Below are positions 1 to 10,113 of a stretch of DNA of 64,000 bases, piece by piece (the first letter of the stretch is position 1; each line of letters starts with the position of its first letter). The notes beneath the pieces were generated by a model. That model had not been told where the DNA came from. It made no database searches and saw nothing but the letters and a program-made list of their open reading frames with translations. The position numbers were made by a program, and so were the translations under genes. Source of the stretch: an uncultured Erysipelotrichaceae bacterium (GTDB lineage Bacteria > Bacillota_I > Bacilli_A > RFN20 > CAG-826). Where the stretch lies: NCBI GenBank assembly GCA_902794835.1, contig CADBIO010000001.1, positions 23,174-87,173 of the forward strand. Reading direction: 5' to 3'.

Positions 1-114
1 ATCGAAGCCAAAGCCATCCGCAAACTACGCCACCCGACCAGAGCCAAACGCCTGGGCGATTATCGGGATTCGGATACCATCAATGTTGGGCCAAAGAGCC
101 TCTGGGACGATTGA
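1..114 (+). CDS. sigA: RNA polymerase sigma factor SigA/RpoD, C-terminal fragment (5' end outside window)
   Basis: Frame-1 translation IEAKAIRKLRHPTRAKRLGDYRDSDTINVGPKSLWDD* matches the conserved region-4 tail of RpoD. trmK follows immediately, as in B. subtilis sigA-yqfN. Confidence 0.6.
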   Translation: MEAKAIRKLRHPTRAKRLGDYRDSDTINVGPKSLWDD

Positions 115-117
115 TTT

Positions 118-810
118 ATGGAAAAAGAGAAAAGAATAGAAATCATCGCATCTTTTGTCGATAATGGCGCAAGAATTGCCGATATTGGGAGCGACCATTG
201 CGCCGTGCCTATCCTTTTAATGCGTCAAAAAAAGATCACCTTTGCTCAAGCAGTGGAAAACAAAAAAGGGCCCTATCAAAGAATGCGCCAAGAGATTCTC
301 AAAAGCGGTTTCCAAGCCAACATTCATCCAAATTTATCCGACGGTATCGAATCTTTAGACCCGACCGTCGACACTTTGATCATCGCAGGAATGGGTGGCA
401 GACTGATTCTTTCCATTTTGGAGAGACACCCGGAAAAGTTAGAAAACATAAAGACGATTATTGTTGACGCCCATAACGACAGACCGATGGTGATATCAAA
501 GTTATCGGAAAAAGGCTTTGTGTTGGATAATAATGAATTCTTTTACGAATCTGGGATCGCTTACGATGTCATGAAATGGACGAGAAGCGCCAAAAAGGCC
601 TCATACAGCGAAATTGAAGTGGAATTCGGTCCATTTAACGTTTTGCGGAAAAACGAAGCGTGGAGGGCCTATTGGCAAAGCGAAAAACAAAGAATGATTG
701 GCATCCTCTCTCAAAAGGGGCTGCCAGAGAAAAAGAAAATAGAATGTGAGCAGAAAATTGCCTTAATTGAGGCTGCTTTTGCTTATAGAAAATTATCAAT
801 AAACGACTAA
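118..810 (+). CDS. trmK: tRNA (adenine22-N1)-methyltransferase TrmK (YqfN family)
   Basis: Full-length similarity to B. subtilis YqfN/TrmK (IADIGSDH..., IAGMGG motifs). Conserved position after sigA. Confidence 0.8.
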   Translation: MEKEKRIEIIASFVDNGARIADIGSDHCAVPILLMRQKKITFAQAVENKKGPYQRMRQEILKSGFQANIHPNLSDGIESLDPTVDTLIIAGMGGRLILSILERHPEKLENIKTIIVDAHNDRPMVISKLSEKGFVLDNNEFFYESGIAYDVMKWTRSAKKASYSEIEVEFGPFNVLRKNEAWRAYWQSEKQRMIGILSQKGLPEKKKIECEQKIALIEAAFAYRKLSIND

Positions 811-853
811 CTAAATACGAAAAAACTACTAAATATAGATAAGATTAACATAG

Positions 854-1732
854 TTAATAGTTAATTGATTTTAAATAAGACTCAATTTCATGAACGTCGG
901 CGATGGAAGTGGAGGCTCCTGAGGCAATCACAGCGTTTTGGTAGCCTGACAAGTTCAGCGTTTTCAACTCACTGAGGCCCAAAACACGAAACACGTCCGC
1001 CTTTCTATAGAAAGCTTTGGCGATTTCGTAGAGTTTCATGGTGTTGTTGCTGGTCTTGCTACCTAAAACTAAGAACAAATCGGTGTTTTCCGGCGCTTTC
1101 AGAATGTTTCTTTGGCGAATTTCGGTGGCGGTGCAACGTTTAGCGGCAATTTTTGCCTTTGGGAAAATTTTCAGTATTTCTTGAATCGATTCTTGAATTT
1201 CATTAGGCGCCATCGTTGTTTGCGAGATGACAAGCGGCTCGGAAGTGTGGAGGCATTTCAACGCGAGAGATTCACCAGGCACGAGCAAATGAATCTTTGA
1301 CTCATCAATCCCTATGGCCCCATTCGCTTCGGCATGATTTCTTTGCCCGATATAAATTATTTCGCCCCCAGATCGGATTTCCTCTTTGATCATTTCTTCG
1401 TTTTCTTTAACGAAAACGCACGTGGAATCATAGACTAACATTTTCTTCCGGCTGGCAATTTCATCTAATTCAGGAGCATGTCCATGGGCGGTGAAAACGA
1501 TCACGGATTGTTCTGGCAAGGAAATGAGCCAATCCCTCAACGATTTTTCCCGCTCATCCAAAACGATCAACCCCAAAGTTCTGATTTCTTCGATGATTCG
1601 CTCGTTATGAACAAGGTTGCCAATAACAAAAACGTCTTCATTTGGATGCTCTTTCTTAGCTTTTTTCGCGACTTCGATCGCTTTAGTGACACCCATGCAG
1701 AAGCCAAACGGGGAGATAGTCGTTACTCTCAT
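854..1732 (-). CDS. ispH: 4-hydroxy-3-methylbut-2-enyl diphosphate reductase IspH (LytB)
   Basis: N-terminus MRVTTISPFGFCMGV matches IspH (ISPRGYCYGV) and the 292-aa length fits. Confidence 0.9.
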   Translation of the reverse strand: MRVTTISPFGFCMGVTKAIEVAKKAKKEHPNEDVFVIGNLVHNERIIEEIRTLGLIVLDEREKSLRDWLISLPEQSVIVFTAHGHAPELDEIASRKKMLVYDSTCVFVKENEEMIKEEIRSGGEIIYIGQRNHAEANGAIGIDESKIHLLVPGESLALKCLHTSEPLVISQTTMAPNEIQESIQEILKIFPKAKIAAKRCTATEIRQRNILKAPENTDLFLVLGSKTSNNTMKLYEIAKAFYRKADVFRVLGLSELKTLNLSGYQNAVIASGASTSIADVHEIESYLKSINY

Positions 1733-1793
1733 AGGAAAATTATAGCGTGCTTTCTTTGTTTTCGCTCCAAAAGTTCTTTATAATGCTTGTGTT

Positions 1794-3176
1794 ATGAGTT
1801 TCAGCGGTTTTTCTTTGTCAAAAAAGATGGTCTCAGCCTTGAAATCGTTAGGCTATGAAGAACCTTCTAAGGTTCAAAGCGTCGTCATTCCAAAGGCGTT
1901 ACGTGGTGTTTCCTTACTCGCCCAAAGCGAGACAGGATCAGGCAAAACACATTCTTATTTGATTCCGATCATCGAAAAAACCGATTTGAATCTAAATCGT
2001 GTCCAAGCCATCATTGTTGCTCCGACTCGAGAATTGGCGAGACAAACTTATGATTTCGCTCGACAATTTCAGCGTTTTTACCAAAATCTAAGAGTCCGTC
2101 TTTATTCTTCAGAAGCGGATGTCACTCAAAATGAAGAGGGGAGAAACATTCCGCCACAAATTATCATCGGCACGCCAGGCAGGCTGAAAGATTTATTGGT
2201 TGATAAACATATCATGACCTTGCAAAACGTGAGAACTGTCGTCCTTGATGAGGCGGATATGCTGCTGGATATGGGCTTTTTTAGCGATATTGAAGCTTTA
2301 TTTGGAATCATCGAAGATCCGCAAATTATGGTTTTCTCGGCTACTTTGCGCCAAAACCTGAGAGACGAATTACTCAAATTCGTGCGGTCGGATTTTGAAT
2401 TTGAAAACGACAAAACGGAGACGGCATCGACAGTTAAGCATCATATGATTGACGTCAAACATAATGGATCCGTCAATGCGTTGGTCACTTTCTTGCGGTT
2501 ACGAAGGCCTTATCTTTGCATTGTCTTTGCTTCCACGGTCAAGATGGTGGATGAAATCCACAAAGGACTCAAAGAAAACGGCATCGATGCCATCTATTTC
2601 TCAGGCTCATTAGACGATAGATCCCGCAAAAAGGCGATCCGTGAGATAAGGGCTAACAAATATTCCGTCATCGTCGCCAGCGATCTTTTATCCCGCGGTA
2701 TCGACATTCCGGATGTCACCGACGTCATTTCCATCGATTTGCCATCCGATCTTGATTTTTATCACCATCGTGCCGGCAGGACAGGGAGATTTGGAAAAGA
2801 AGGAGATTCTTGGGTATTTTATAACGCCGATTCTGTTAATGCCGCCAAACGCATCATGGAAGAAGGCGTGAAATTCGATTTTTATGTCCTTCGTAAAGAC
2901 GAACTGAAAGTTGATACGGTGGGCCTTTTACCAAAAACAAAACTCTCCAAAAAGAAAGAACTGCCCGAAGAAGAGAGAAAAGAAATCTCCATCGCTAAGG
3001 CTCAAGCTCGGCCGAAACATATCGAGCCGATGTATAAAAAGAAAAAACAATTCGCGATTGAAAAAGTGAAACGGAAATATCGGAAGAAAGCCATCCAAAA
3101 ATCCATTCGCAAAGAATTGGAAAAGGAATACAAAGCAAAAGCCAAATCCGTTAATCGCAAATACGAAAAACAATGA
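1794..3176 (+). CDS. cshB: DEAD-box ATP-dependent RNA helicase with Lys-rich C-terminal tail
   Basis: Carries the Q-motif, GSGKT (motif I), DEAD, SAT and HRAGRTGR motifs. Same position as B. subtilis yqfR/cshB next to nfo. An extended-TG -10 (TTATAAT) lies 20 bp upstream. Confidence 0.8.
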   Translation: MSFSGFSLSKKMVSALKSLGYEEPSKVQSVVIPKALRGVSLLAQSETGSGKTHSYLIPIIEKTDLNLNRVQAIIVAPTRELARQTYDFARQFQRFYQNLRVRLYSSEADVTQNEEGRNIPPQIIIGTPGRLKDLLVDKHIMTLQNVRTVVLDEADMLLDMGFFSDIEALFGIIEDPQIMVFSATLRQNLRDELLKFVRSDFEFENDKTETASTVKHHMIDVKHNGSVNALVTFLRLRRPYLCIVFASTVKMVDEIHKGLKENGIDAIYFSGSLDDRSRKKAIREIRANKYSVIVASDLLSRGIDIPDVTDVISIDLPSDLDFYHHRAGRTGRFGKEGDSWVFYNADSVNAAKRIMEEGVKFDFYVLRKDELKVDTVGLLPKTKLSKKKELPEEERKEISIAKAQARPKHIEPMYKKKKQFAIEKVKRKYRKKAIQKSIRKELEKEYKAKAKSVNRKYEKQ

Positions 3177-4063
3177 TCTATTTGGGGTCTCACGTCGGCC
3201 TTTCCGCACCGAATTATTTCGAAGATTCCGTAACAACGGCTCTTTCTTGCGGAGAAAACACGTTTATGTTCTATACAGGCGCGCCCCAGAACACCAAACG
3301 CATTCCTTTGGAAAAGCTGAAAATTGAAGAAGGCAAGCGTCTGATCGCCGAAGCAGGCCTCGACCTCGCAAAAATTGTCGCCCACGCCCCTTATATCATC
3401 AACCCTGCGACAAAAAAAGAAGCGACAAGGGAAATCGCCCTAAAAATGTTGTCTTTAGAGTTAGAAAGAGTGGAGGAATTCGGCGTTTCTTGGATGGTTT
3501 TGCATCCTGGAAGCGCTGTTGATATATCTTTAGAAGAAGCTCTTAGAAATGCGGCCGAAACCATCGATTTAGGAATTGAGGGCGCACCAAAAAGCCATGT
3601 CACCATCTGTATTGAGACGATGGCTGGAAAAGGAAGAGAAATCGGCAAGACCTTCGAAGAAATCTCCAGGATAATCTCCCTTTCAAAATATCCAGAACGT
3701 CTTGGCGTTTGTTTGGACACTTGTCATATCAACGATGCTGGATATGACGTTTTTGACGTCGACGGCGTGCTAGATCAATTTGATCGCATGATTGGATTGT
3801 CCAAACTCAAAGTGGTTCACCTCAATGATTCTAAAAACCCTAGAGGGTCTCACAAGGATCGGCATGAGAATGTCGGTGAGGGGACGATTGGCTTCGAAAC
3901 CTTGGAAAAATGGCTTAAAAACCCACGCTTAGAAGGCATTCCTTTTGAATTAGAAACCCCATGGGTCAATCAAAAGACGCCCAACAAAGCGGAAGTGGAA
4001 ATGCTTCGAAAAGGCGTCTATGTTCCCGATTGGAAAAAAGAAATTCTCGCAAAATCGGATTAA
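3173..4063 (+). CDS. nfo: endonuclease IV (deoxyribonuclease IV, Nfo)
   Basis: TIM-barrel AP endonuclease signature (FMFYTGAPQNTKR; HAPYIINP; HLNDS). Its end converges on ispG with a 4-bp overlap. Confidence 0.9.
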   Translation: MIYLGSHVGLSAPNYFEDSVTTALSCGENTFMFYTGAPQNTKRIPLEKLKIEEGKRLIAEAGLDLAKIVAHAPYIINPATKKEATREIALKMLSLELERVEEFGVSWMVLHPGSAVDISLEEALRNAAETIDLGIEGAPKSHVTICIETMAGKGREIGKTFEEISRIISLSKYPERLGVCLDTCHINDAGYDVFDVDGVLDQFDRMIGLSKLKVVHLNDSKNPRGSHKDRHENVGEGTIGFETLEKWLKNPRLEGIPFELETPWVNQKTPNKAEVEMLRKGVYVPDWKKEILAKSD

Positions 4064-5115
4064 AGAGCTTTGATTTCTTCGATTAATGCATCATAAATGG
4101 CCGAATCGTCGACCGTTTTGAGGATTTGTTCCTTTTTGAAAATGACCCATTTCCCTTTTCCACCTGCCGCGCCCAAATCGGCGTGTCTGGCCTCACCAGG
4201 GCCATTGACGACACACCCCATAATGGCAACGGTTTTGCAGATTTTATGATCCTCTAAATAGGCACGGATCCTTTTCGCAAGGGGCAACAAATTGACTTCC
4301 GTGCGACCGCAGGTTGGACAAGAGATGAAAGTCGGCCAATCCTTTTTTAGTCCGAGGTCATGGAGCAAACGCGCACAGGCCTTGATTTCTTCTACCGGTT
4401 CTTCACTCATGGATATGCGGATCGTATTTCCGATGCCGTCGATTAAAAGCGGGGCTAAACCGGCGGCAGAGCGAATCAAAGAAGTTTCCATTGGTCCGGC
4501 TTCTGTGACGCCCAAATGCAGCGGGTAATCCAATCTTTCCGCGGCCAAACGGTAAGCTGCAATGGTTTCCAATACGTCGCTCCCTTTCAAAGAAATCACA
4601 ATGTCGTGGAAACCATATTTCTCCAATAAAGAGATGTGTTTCATGGCGGAGGAGAACAAATATTCGCCTTTGATCGTTTCGGTCCCGTGATAGATAGAAC
4701 GATCCAAAGAGCCTCCATTGACCCCAACGCGAACAGGAATCCGTCTTTCTTGGCAAGCCTTGACGACTTGCTCGATGCGTTTTTCTTCCCCGATGTTCCC
4801 CGGGTTAATACGGATTGCGTCGACACCGGCCTCAATCGCAGCCAAGGCAAGACGATAATCAAAATGAATGTCTGCCACCAAAGGAATGCCACAAATTCTC
4901 TTTTTAATCTCTTTGAAGGAAGAGGCGTCTTCAAAATCCAAACAAGAGCAACGCATCAGTTCTGCTCCAGCGGCCGCACACGCGTTAATTTGCTGGCTGA
5001 CTTCCTCGATTTTGGAAGTCTTGACGGAAGCCATCGATTGGATTGCGATGTGCTCATTTCCTCCTAACAGGAGGTTTCCTACTTTGACCTGTCGGGTCTT
5101 TTCTCTAGTGAACAT
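4060..5115 (-). CDS. ispG: 4-hydroxy-3-methylbut-2-en-1-yl diphosphate synthase IspG (GcpE)
   Basis: Conserved GcpE N-terminus (RQVKVGNLLLGGNEHIAIQSM) and C-terminal CPTCGR Fe-S motif. Confidence 0.9.
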   Translation of the reverse strand: MFTREKTRQVKVGNLLLGGNEHIAIQSMASVKTSKIEEVSQQINACAAAGAELMRCSCLDFEDASSFKEIKKRICGIPLVADIHFDYRLALAAIEAGVDAIRINPGNIGEEKRIEQVVKACQERRIPVRVGVNGGSLDRSIYHGTETIKGEYLFSSAMKHISLLEKYGFHDIVISLKGSDVLETIAAYRLAAERLDYPLHLGVTEAGPMETSLIRSAAGLAPLLIDGIGNTIRISMSEEPVEEIKACARLLHDLGLKKDWPTFISCPTCGRTEVNLLPLAKRIRAYLEDHKICKTVAIMGCVVNGPGEARHADLGAAGGKGKWVIFKKEQILKTVDDSAIYDALIEEIKAL

Positions 5116-5210
5116 AAGAAAATTTTAAACTTTTCTTGCGTTTTCTTGTAGAAGTTTCTTTTGGTCTATGTTACGATAAACCACGCTGAAAGAAAGAAGT
5201 GTGAATAAAT

Positions 5211-5378
5211 ATGGCAAAATCTCAACGTGACCAAGTAATCCTCGCATGCAGTGAATGTGGCGAAAGGAATTACATTACTACAAGAAACAAAAAGACTCAT
5301 CCGAATAAGATGGAGATTAAGAAATTCTGCAGCCGTTGCAGAAAAGAAACACTCCACGTCGAAACGAAAAAGAAATAA
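5211..5378 (+). CDS. rpmG: 50S ribosomal protein L33
   Basis: Hand-translated 55-aa [58 protein letters not shown] with the L33 C-x2-C...C-x2-C zinc ribbon. It is below the 60-aa cutoff of the ORF track. Confidence 0.8.
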   Translation: MAKSQRDQVILACSECGERNYITTRNKKTHPNKMEIKKFCSRCRKETLHVETKKK

Positions 5379-5380
5379 AG

Positions 5381-5406
5381 ATAAGGCTTCGGCCTTATTT
5401 TTTATA
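5381..5406 (+). terminator. rho-independent terminator after rpmG
   Basis: Hairpin ATAAGGC-TTCG-GCCTTAT followed by TTTTTTAT. Confidence 0.7.
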
Positions 5407-5411
5407 GGCAT

Positions 5412-6050
5412 ATGCAAATCGCGAAACTTCATTTCCCGCCAGAGGAAAGCTGCAATACCTATGTGGTCGGAAATCATGGACGGCCTTGTCTCGTCATTGA
5501 CCCAGGATCCAACCTTAACGGATGCCTTGATCGTTATTTAGATAAAGCCCATTCCTCGCTTACTGCGATTTTATTGACCAATGGTCATTATGATCACATC
5601 ACCGGCTTGTCTTCCTTAAGGCACCAAGCTCCAGTATATCTCGGTCAAGGAGAAGAACCTTTTTTGACAGATCCCTATCTGAATTTGAGCAAAACATGGA
5701 AGGAGAATCCTTTGATTTTGGATCACATCAAGCCAATCCCTTTGTTTGACGGAGAGGAATTCACGCTAAACGAAATTAAAATCCAGATCATTGCTACCCC
5801 ATTTCACACTGGCGGAAGCGTTTGCTATTACCTCCCAGAGGAACGCGTTCTTTTCAGTGGCGACACGTTGTTTCACCTTGGAATCGGGAGGGTAGACCTT
5901 CCTACCGGTGCTCATCACAAAATCGAATCATCGCTTCGTAAACTGTTATCTCTTCCGCCTGAGACAAAAGTCTATCCAGGGCATGGCGAAAATACCGTTC
6001 TAGGCAATGAATTTCGCTATAATGAGTACCTCAATTGCCTTTTTAAGTAG
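5412..6050 (+). CDS. MBL-fold metallo-hydrolase (glyoxalase II-like)
   Basis: HxHxDH motif (NGHYDHITG) and 212-aa length typical of the family. Confidence 0.7.
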   Translation: MQIAKLHFPPEESCNTYVVGNHGRPCLVIDPGSNLNGCLDRYLDKAHSSLTAILLTNGHYDHITGLSSLRHQAPVYLGQGEEPFLTDPYLNLSKTWKENPLILDHIKPIPLFDGEEFTLNEIKIQIIATPFHTGGSVCYYLPEERVLFSGDTLFHLGIGRVDLPTGAHHKIESSLRKLLSLPPETKVYPGHGENTVLGNEFRYNEYLNCLFK

Positions 6051-6104
6051 ATACTTAAAACGTTTTGGGGTAAAATCACTAAGGTTAATAAGGAGATTAA
6101 TACA

Positions 6105-6662
6105 ATGAACGTTACAGAATTACGCCCAGGCAATTATTTCGAAGACGAGAACACCTTATATCAAGTCATCGATATTTTGCTTAACAAAACCGCGATGAGA
6201 AAAATGGTCGCGAAAGTCAAGGTCAAGAACGTCCGTACCGGCGCCATTACGGAACTTGCCCGCAACAGCGGATACAATGTCGAATTAGTCAGCGTCACCA
6301 AGAGAATCATGCAATATCTCTACGATGGCGGAACGACCTTAGTCTTCATGGATCCAGAAACCTACGAACAAATCGAGCTTTCTAAGAGCGTCTTGGAAAA
6401 TGAAGCCAAATTCCTTGCCCCAAATGGCGAAGTCACCATGGCATCCTATGGAGATGAAGTCCTTGGCGTTGAATTGCCGGCAAAAGTCGCGTTGGAAGTC
6501 GTTGAAACCGAACCAGGTGTTCGTGGCGATACGATCAGCAACGGAGGCTCCAAGGATGCAAAACTCGAAACCGGCATCACCATCAGAGTTCCATTATTCA
6601 TCAACGAAGGCGAAAAAGTCTTGGTTGATACCGCAACAGGAAAATACGATAAGAGAGCCTAA
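6105..6662 (+). CDS. efp: elongation factor P
   Basis: EF-P N-terminal KOW region and conserved loop (VKVKNVRTGA). 185 aa. Confidence 0.9.
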   Translation: MNVTELRPGNYFEDENTLYQVIDILLNKTAMRKMVAKVKVKNVRTGAITELARNSGYNVELVSVTKRIMQYLYDGGTTLVFMDPETYEQIELSKSVLENEAKFLAPNGEVTMASYGDEVLGVELPAKVALEVVETEPGVRGDTISNGGSKDAKLETGITIRVPLFINEGEKVLVDTATGKYDKRA

Positions 6663-6667
6663 TCCCC

Positions 6668-6889
6668 ATGAATATTGAGATTTGGCAATTCGTCTTATAT
6701 CTTGTCTTAGCCGTCATTGTTGGCGGCGTCGCCGGTTTCTTTGGGGCCCGTGCCTTAATCAAGCGCGAAATGAAAAAGAATCCGCCAATCAACGAAAAGA
6801 TGATCCGCGCCATGTTTGCGCAAATGGGTAGAAAACCATCTGAAGCGCAAATCCGTGCCGTCATGAATTCGATGAACAAGAATCAATAA
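6668..6889 (+). CDS. UPF0154 / YneF-family small membrane protein
   Basis: 73 aa with an N-terminal TM helix and a conserved KKNPPINE...IRAMF..MGRKPSE...I motif. Confidence 0.7.
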   Translation: MNIEIWQFVLYLVLAVIVGGVAGFFGARALIKREMKKNPPINEKMIRAMFAQMGRKPSEAQIRAVMNSMNKNQ

Positions 6890-6904
6890 GAATCATCAAA
6901 ACCC

Positions 6905-6946
6905 TTGAGTCTCTGCACCAAGGGTTTTCTTTTTGCTTGGAGTAGG
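6905..6946 (+). terminator. rho-independent terminator after efp/yneF-like operon
   Basis: Hairpin AACCCTTG-(11 nt)-CAAGGGTT followed by TTCTTTTTG. Confidence 0.7.
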
Positions 6947-7249
6947 GGAACGAATAAAACGTTTTCTAACAGCTATGATAAATTGACCGGCTGAAAAAAC
7001 GATTATTAATCTTCTCTCCCGAAAAAACGGCACAAAAGAATAGAATCATTTTTAAAACGCCTGTTGTCCTTTGTGCCGAAAAAGAATTATTCTATCAATT
7101 TTTCTTATGGATGCTGTTATTCGTGCCATTATTCTTAAGGGGAAGTGGAATGAATCATCGAACTAGCGTCACTTTCTATGACAAAAACCTTAGTTTGAAA
7201 TTTTAGTCAATAAAAAACATCGATAAATTCTAACAAAAATTAAGCAAAA

Positions 7250-7286
7250 GAAAAGAGTGTGAATTTTTTACACTCTTTTTTAAATA
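7250..7286 (-). terminator. bidirectional terminator downstream of plsY
   Basis: Hairpin AGAGTGT-GAATTTTTT-ACACTCT flanked by T-runs on both strands. Confidence 0.6.
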
Positions 7287-7310
7287 AACTATAAAACTAC
7301 TAATAAAATA

Positions 7311-8045
7311 CTATTTCCATTCAACGGGTTTTTCGTTTCCCTCTTTGATCCGTTTGATGTTGGACGCATGTCTCGCGATTAAAACGACCATTACCAAAGT
7401 GCTAATTAAAGCTTGCTGCCAACCATAGAAAACGCCTCCGCCAAAACCAAAATTGAACATTGCGTAATCCATAATTCGTTGACCGTTTTCTGTGTGTAAA
7501 ATGAGCAATTCTCTGACGCCAAACATAAGCCATTGGAAAATGGTGACGATCACGCTGGTGGTGATTGTGGCGATCGACATCACGTGTCTCTTTTTGAAAA
7601 GAGGGAAAAAGATTGCGGCGCAGGTGATGAAGTTCACCCAACCAAGTCCGCCGGTAGATGCCATAAAACAAGAAACGGCTTTTCCTCCTTTGAATTTGAG
7701 CCAAGGGGAGAAACAATGTCCAAAGGCAGCGAAGAATAAACCCAAATAGTTATAGAAAACGCCGTCGTCCCAAAGCTGTTCGTGAATGCCGGTGAATCTT
7801 AAGATCGCCCAAGGGACCCAAAAAGCAATGATGGTTTTCGCCATGTCAAGAACGATGACGGTGATGCCAATCTTCTTGCCGAAAGCGCGGCCGGTGTTGG
7901 TTCCGCCTGGATTGTGCGAGCCATAATTCCTTGGGTCGTCATGAAAGAAAAGTTTCCCGATGATGACACCCGTCGGGATGCTCCCCATTAAGAAACCAAA
8001 AGCAACGATGGCTAAGGAAATGCCTATGTTTAAACCCAAATCCAT
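7311..8045 (-). CDS. plsY: glycerol-3-phosphate acyltransferase PlsY
   Basis: Polytopic membrane protein with PlsY motifs GSHNPGGTN (cf. GSGNxGATN) and FKGGKAV. Sits upstream of parE as B. subtilis yneS does. Confidence 0.8.
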   Translation of the reverse strand: MDLGLNIGISLAIVAFGFLMGSIPTGVIIGKLFFHDDPRNYGSHNPGGTNTGRAFGKKIGITVIVLDMAKTIIAFWVPWAILRFTGIHEQLWDDGVFYNYLGLFFAAFGHCFSPWLKFKGGKAVSCFMASTGGLGWVNFITCAAIFFPLFKKRHVMSIATITTSVIVTIFQWLMFGVRELLILHTENGQRIMDYAMFNFGFGGGVFYGWQQALISTLVMVVLIARHASNIKRIKEGNEKPVEWK

Positions 8046-8152
8046 AAAATAAGCTCCGAAGAATACTTAACAATTATCTATATTGCTAATTACTTTTTCA
8101 ACACAAGAATGTTATACTAACGTAGTTAAGTATTTCAAAATTTTTTAGCAAT

Positions 8153-10111
8153 ATGACCGACATCGAAAAAGCAGAGAAGAATTACACCGCTAGAGACATC
8201 GAAGTTTTAAGCGAATTAGAGGGCGTCAGAAAGCGTCCTGGCATGTATATTGGGAGCACCAATTTAAGTGGCCTTCATCACTTGGTTTGGGAAATCATCG
8301 ACAATGCGGTTGATGAGGCTGTCAATGGCTACGGCAACAAAATCACGGTCACCATTTTGCGTGATGGCTCTCTTCAAGTCGAAGACGAAGGACGTGGCAT
8401 CCCGGTCGACATTCACCCAAAGGCCAAAATCCCTGCGGTTCAATTGATTTATACCACCCTTCACTCCGGCGGCAAATTCAATAGCAAAAATTATCAAGTC
8501 TCTGGCGGGTTACACGGCGTCGGAGCGACGGTCACTAATGCTCTTTCCGAACTTGTGGAAGTCACGATCTATCGTGATAACAAAATTTATTTCATCTCTT
8601 TCCATAACGGCGGTCAGCTTTTATCGCCGCTGAAAGTCATTGGGACGACCAATAAGCACGGAACCACGGTCCATTTCCGCCCAGACCCAACCATTTTCCC
8701 GAGCGTTAAATTCTCTTGGGATACCATTTATAACCGCCTGGAAGAAAAAAGCTACCTTTTGACTGGCGTCCATTTCATCCTGAAAGACCAAAAGACCGGA
8801 AACAGCCATGATTTCTACACCGAACACGGCTTGCGGGAATATGTTCAATCCCTGACACAAAACAAAACCCCTTTAGGGGATGTCATTGATTTTGTCGACA
8901 AAACCAATCCGATCAACGTCGAAGTGGCTATGCAGTGGTGCCTTAAGGATTACAACGAAAACATTCTTTCTTACGCCAACGATGTCAAAACTGGCGATGG
9001 CGGTACCCATGAAATCGGCTTTAAAACATCCCTGACTAAAACCCTAAACGATTGGGCCCAGCAAAATGAACTCATTAAACCTAACCAAACCATTGATGGA
9101 TCCGATATTCGTGAAGGTCTAACAGCTGTTATTTCAGTCAAAGTCCCAGAAGAAAAGCTCGAATATGAGGGCCAAACCAAAGGGAAACTCGGCACCCCAG
9201 AGGCGACTTCAGTCGTTTCCAATGCCCTCCAGAATTTCTTTATCTATTATTTAAATGAGCACAAGGAATTCGCCATCGACCTGATTAAGAAGTGCCAGGC
9301 CTCAAAAGAGGCGAGAGAAGCGGCGAGAAAAGCCAAAGAAGCTGCTCGCGGAGCGAAAAAGAAAGTTGTCGATTATGTGATTTCCGATAAACTGGCCAGC
9401 GCCCAATCCAAAGATTATAAGAACAACGAATTGTTCATTGTTGAAGGCGATTCCGCTGGCGGCTCTGCCAAAACGGGCCGCGATCGTCTCCACCAAGCCA
9501 TCCTCCCGCTCCGTGGAAAACCATTGAATACCGATAGCGTTTCCATGGAAAAAATCGTTAGCAACGCAGAATTTGCGACCCTCATTCAAACCATTGGCGC
9601 TGGTGTGGGCGCAGATTTCGATATTACCGAATCGCATTATGGCAAAATCATTATCATGACTGATGCCGATACCGATGGCGCCCATATTCAGACACTGCTA
9701 TTGACGTTCTTCTATAATTTCATGAAACCGTTGATTGATGCAGGGATGATTTATATCGCCCAGCCGCCACTTTATCGTGTCTACAAAAAGAGCGACCCAT
9801 CCAAACATATCTATTGTTGGGATGATAAAGAATTAGAGGCCGCCAAAATCAAAATCGGCGCAGGATATGGCATCAACCGTTACAAAGGGCTTGGCGAAAT
9901 GAACGCCAACCAATTGGCAGAAACCACGATGGACAAAAAGAAACGCGTCTTGATGCAAGTCAAGATCGATGACCCTTTGGTGGTGGAAAAACGCATCGGT
10001 ATTTTGATGGGCAAAGATTCGCAATCACGTTGGAATTGGATCCAAGAGAATGTCACCTTTAACGAAGAAGACAGCTTCTTATCGGAAATTGAGAAAGAAA
10101 CAGGCAAATAA
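8153..10111 (+). CDS. parE: DNA topoisomerase IV subunit B (GyrB-family ATPase)
   Basis: GHKL ATPase and TOPRIM domains. Adjacent to a ParC-type A subunit and downstream of plsY, the B. subtilis yneS-parE-parC arrangement. Confidence 0.75.
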   Translation: MTDIEKAEKNYTARDIEVLSELEGVRKRPGMYIGSTNLSGLHHLVWEIIDNAVDEAVNGYGNKITVTILRDGSLQVEDEGRGIPVDIHPKAKIPAVQLIYTTLHSGGKFNSKNYQVSGGLHGVGATVTNALSELVEVTIYRDNKIYFISFHNGGQLLSPLKVIGTTNKHGTTVHFRPDPTIFPSVKFSWDTIYNRLEEKSYLLTGVHFILKDQKTGNSHDFYTEHGLREYVQSLTQNKTPLGDVIDFVDKTNPINVEVAMQWCLKDYNENILSYANDVKTGDGGTHEIGFKTSLTKTLNDWAQQNELIKPNQTIDGSDIREGLTAVISVKVPEEKLEYEGQTKGKLGTPEATSVVSNALQNFFIYYLNEHKEFAIDLIKKCQASKEAREAARKAKEAARGAKKKVVDYVISDKLASAQSKDYKNNELFIVEGDSAGGSAKTGRDRLHQAILPLRGKPLNTDSVSMEKIVSNAEFATLIQTIGAGVGADFDITESHYGKIIIMTDADTDGAHIQTLLLTFFYNFMKPLIDAGMIYIAQPPLYRVYKKSDPSKHIYCWDDKELEAAKIKIGAGYGINRYKGLGEMNANQLAETTMDKKKRVLMQVKIDDPLVVEKRIGILMGKDSQSRWNWIQENVTFNEEDSFLSEIEKETGK

Positions 10112-10113
10112 TT

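Noticed and set aside
5251-5541. 96-aa ORF overlapping rpmG and the MBL hydrolase start
   Set aside because: Out-of-frame overlap with the clearly homologous L33 ORF and its terminator. Arg/Lys-rich junk translation.
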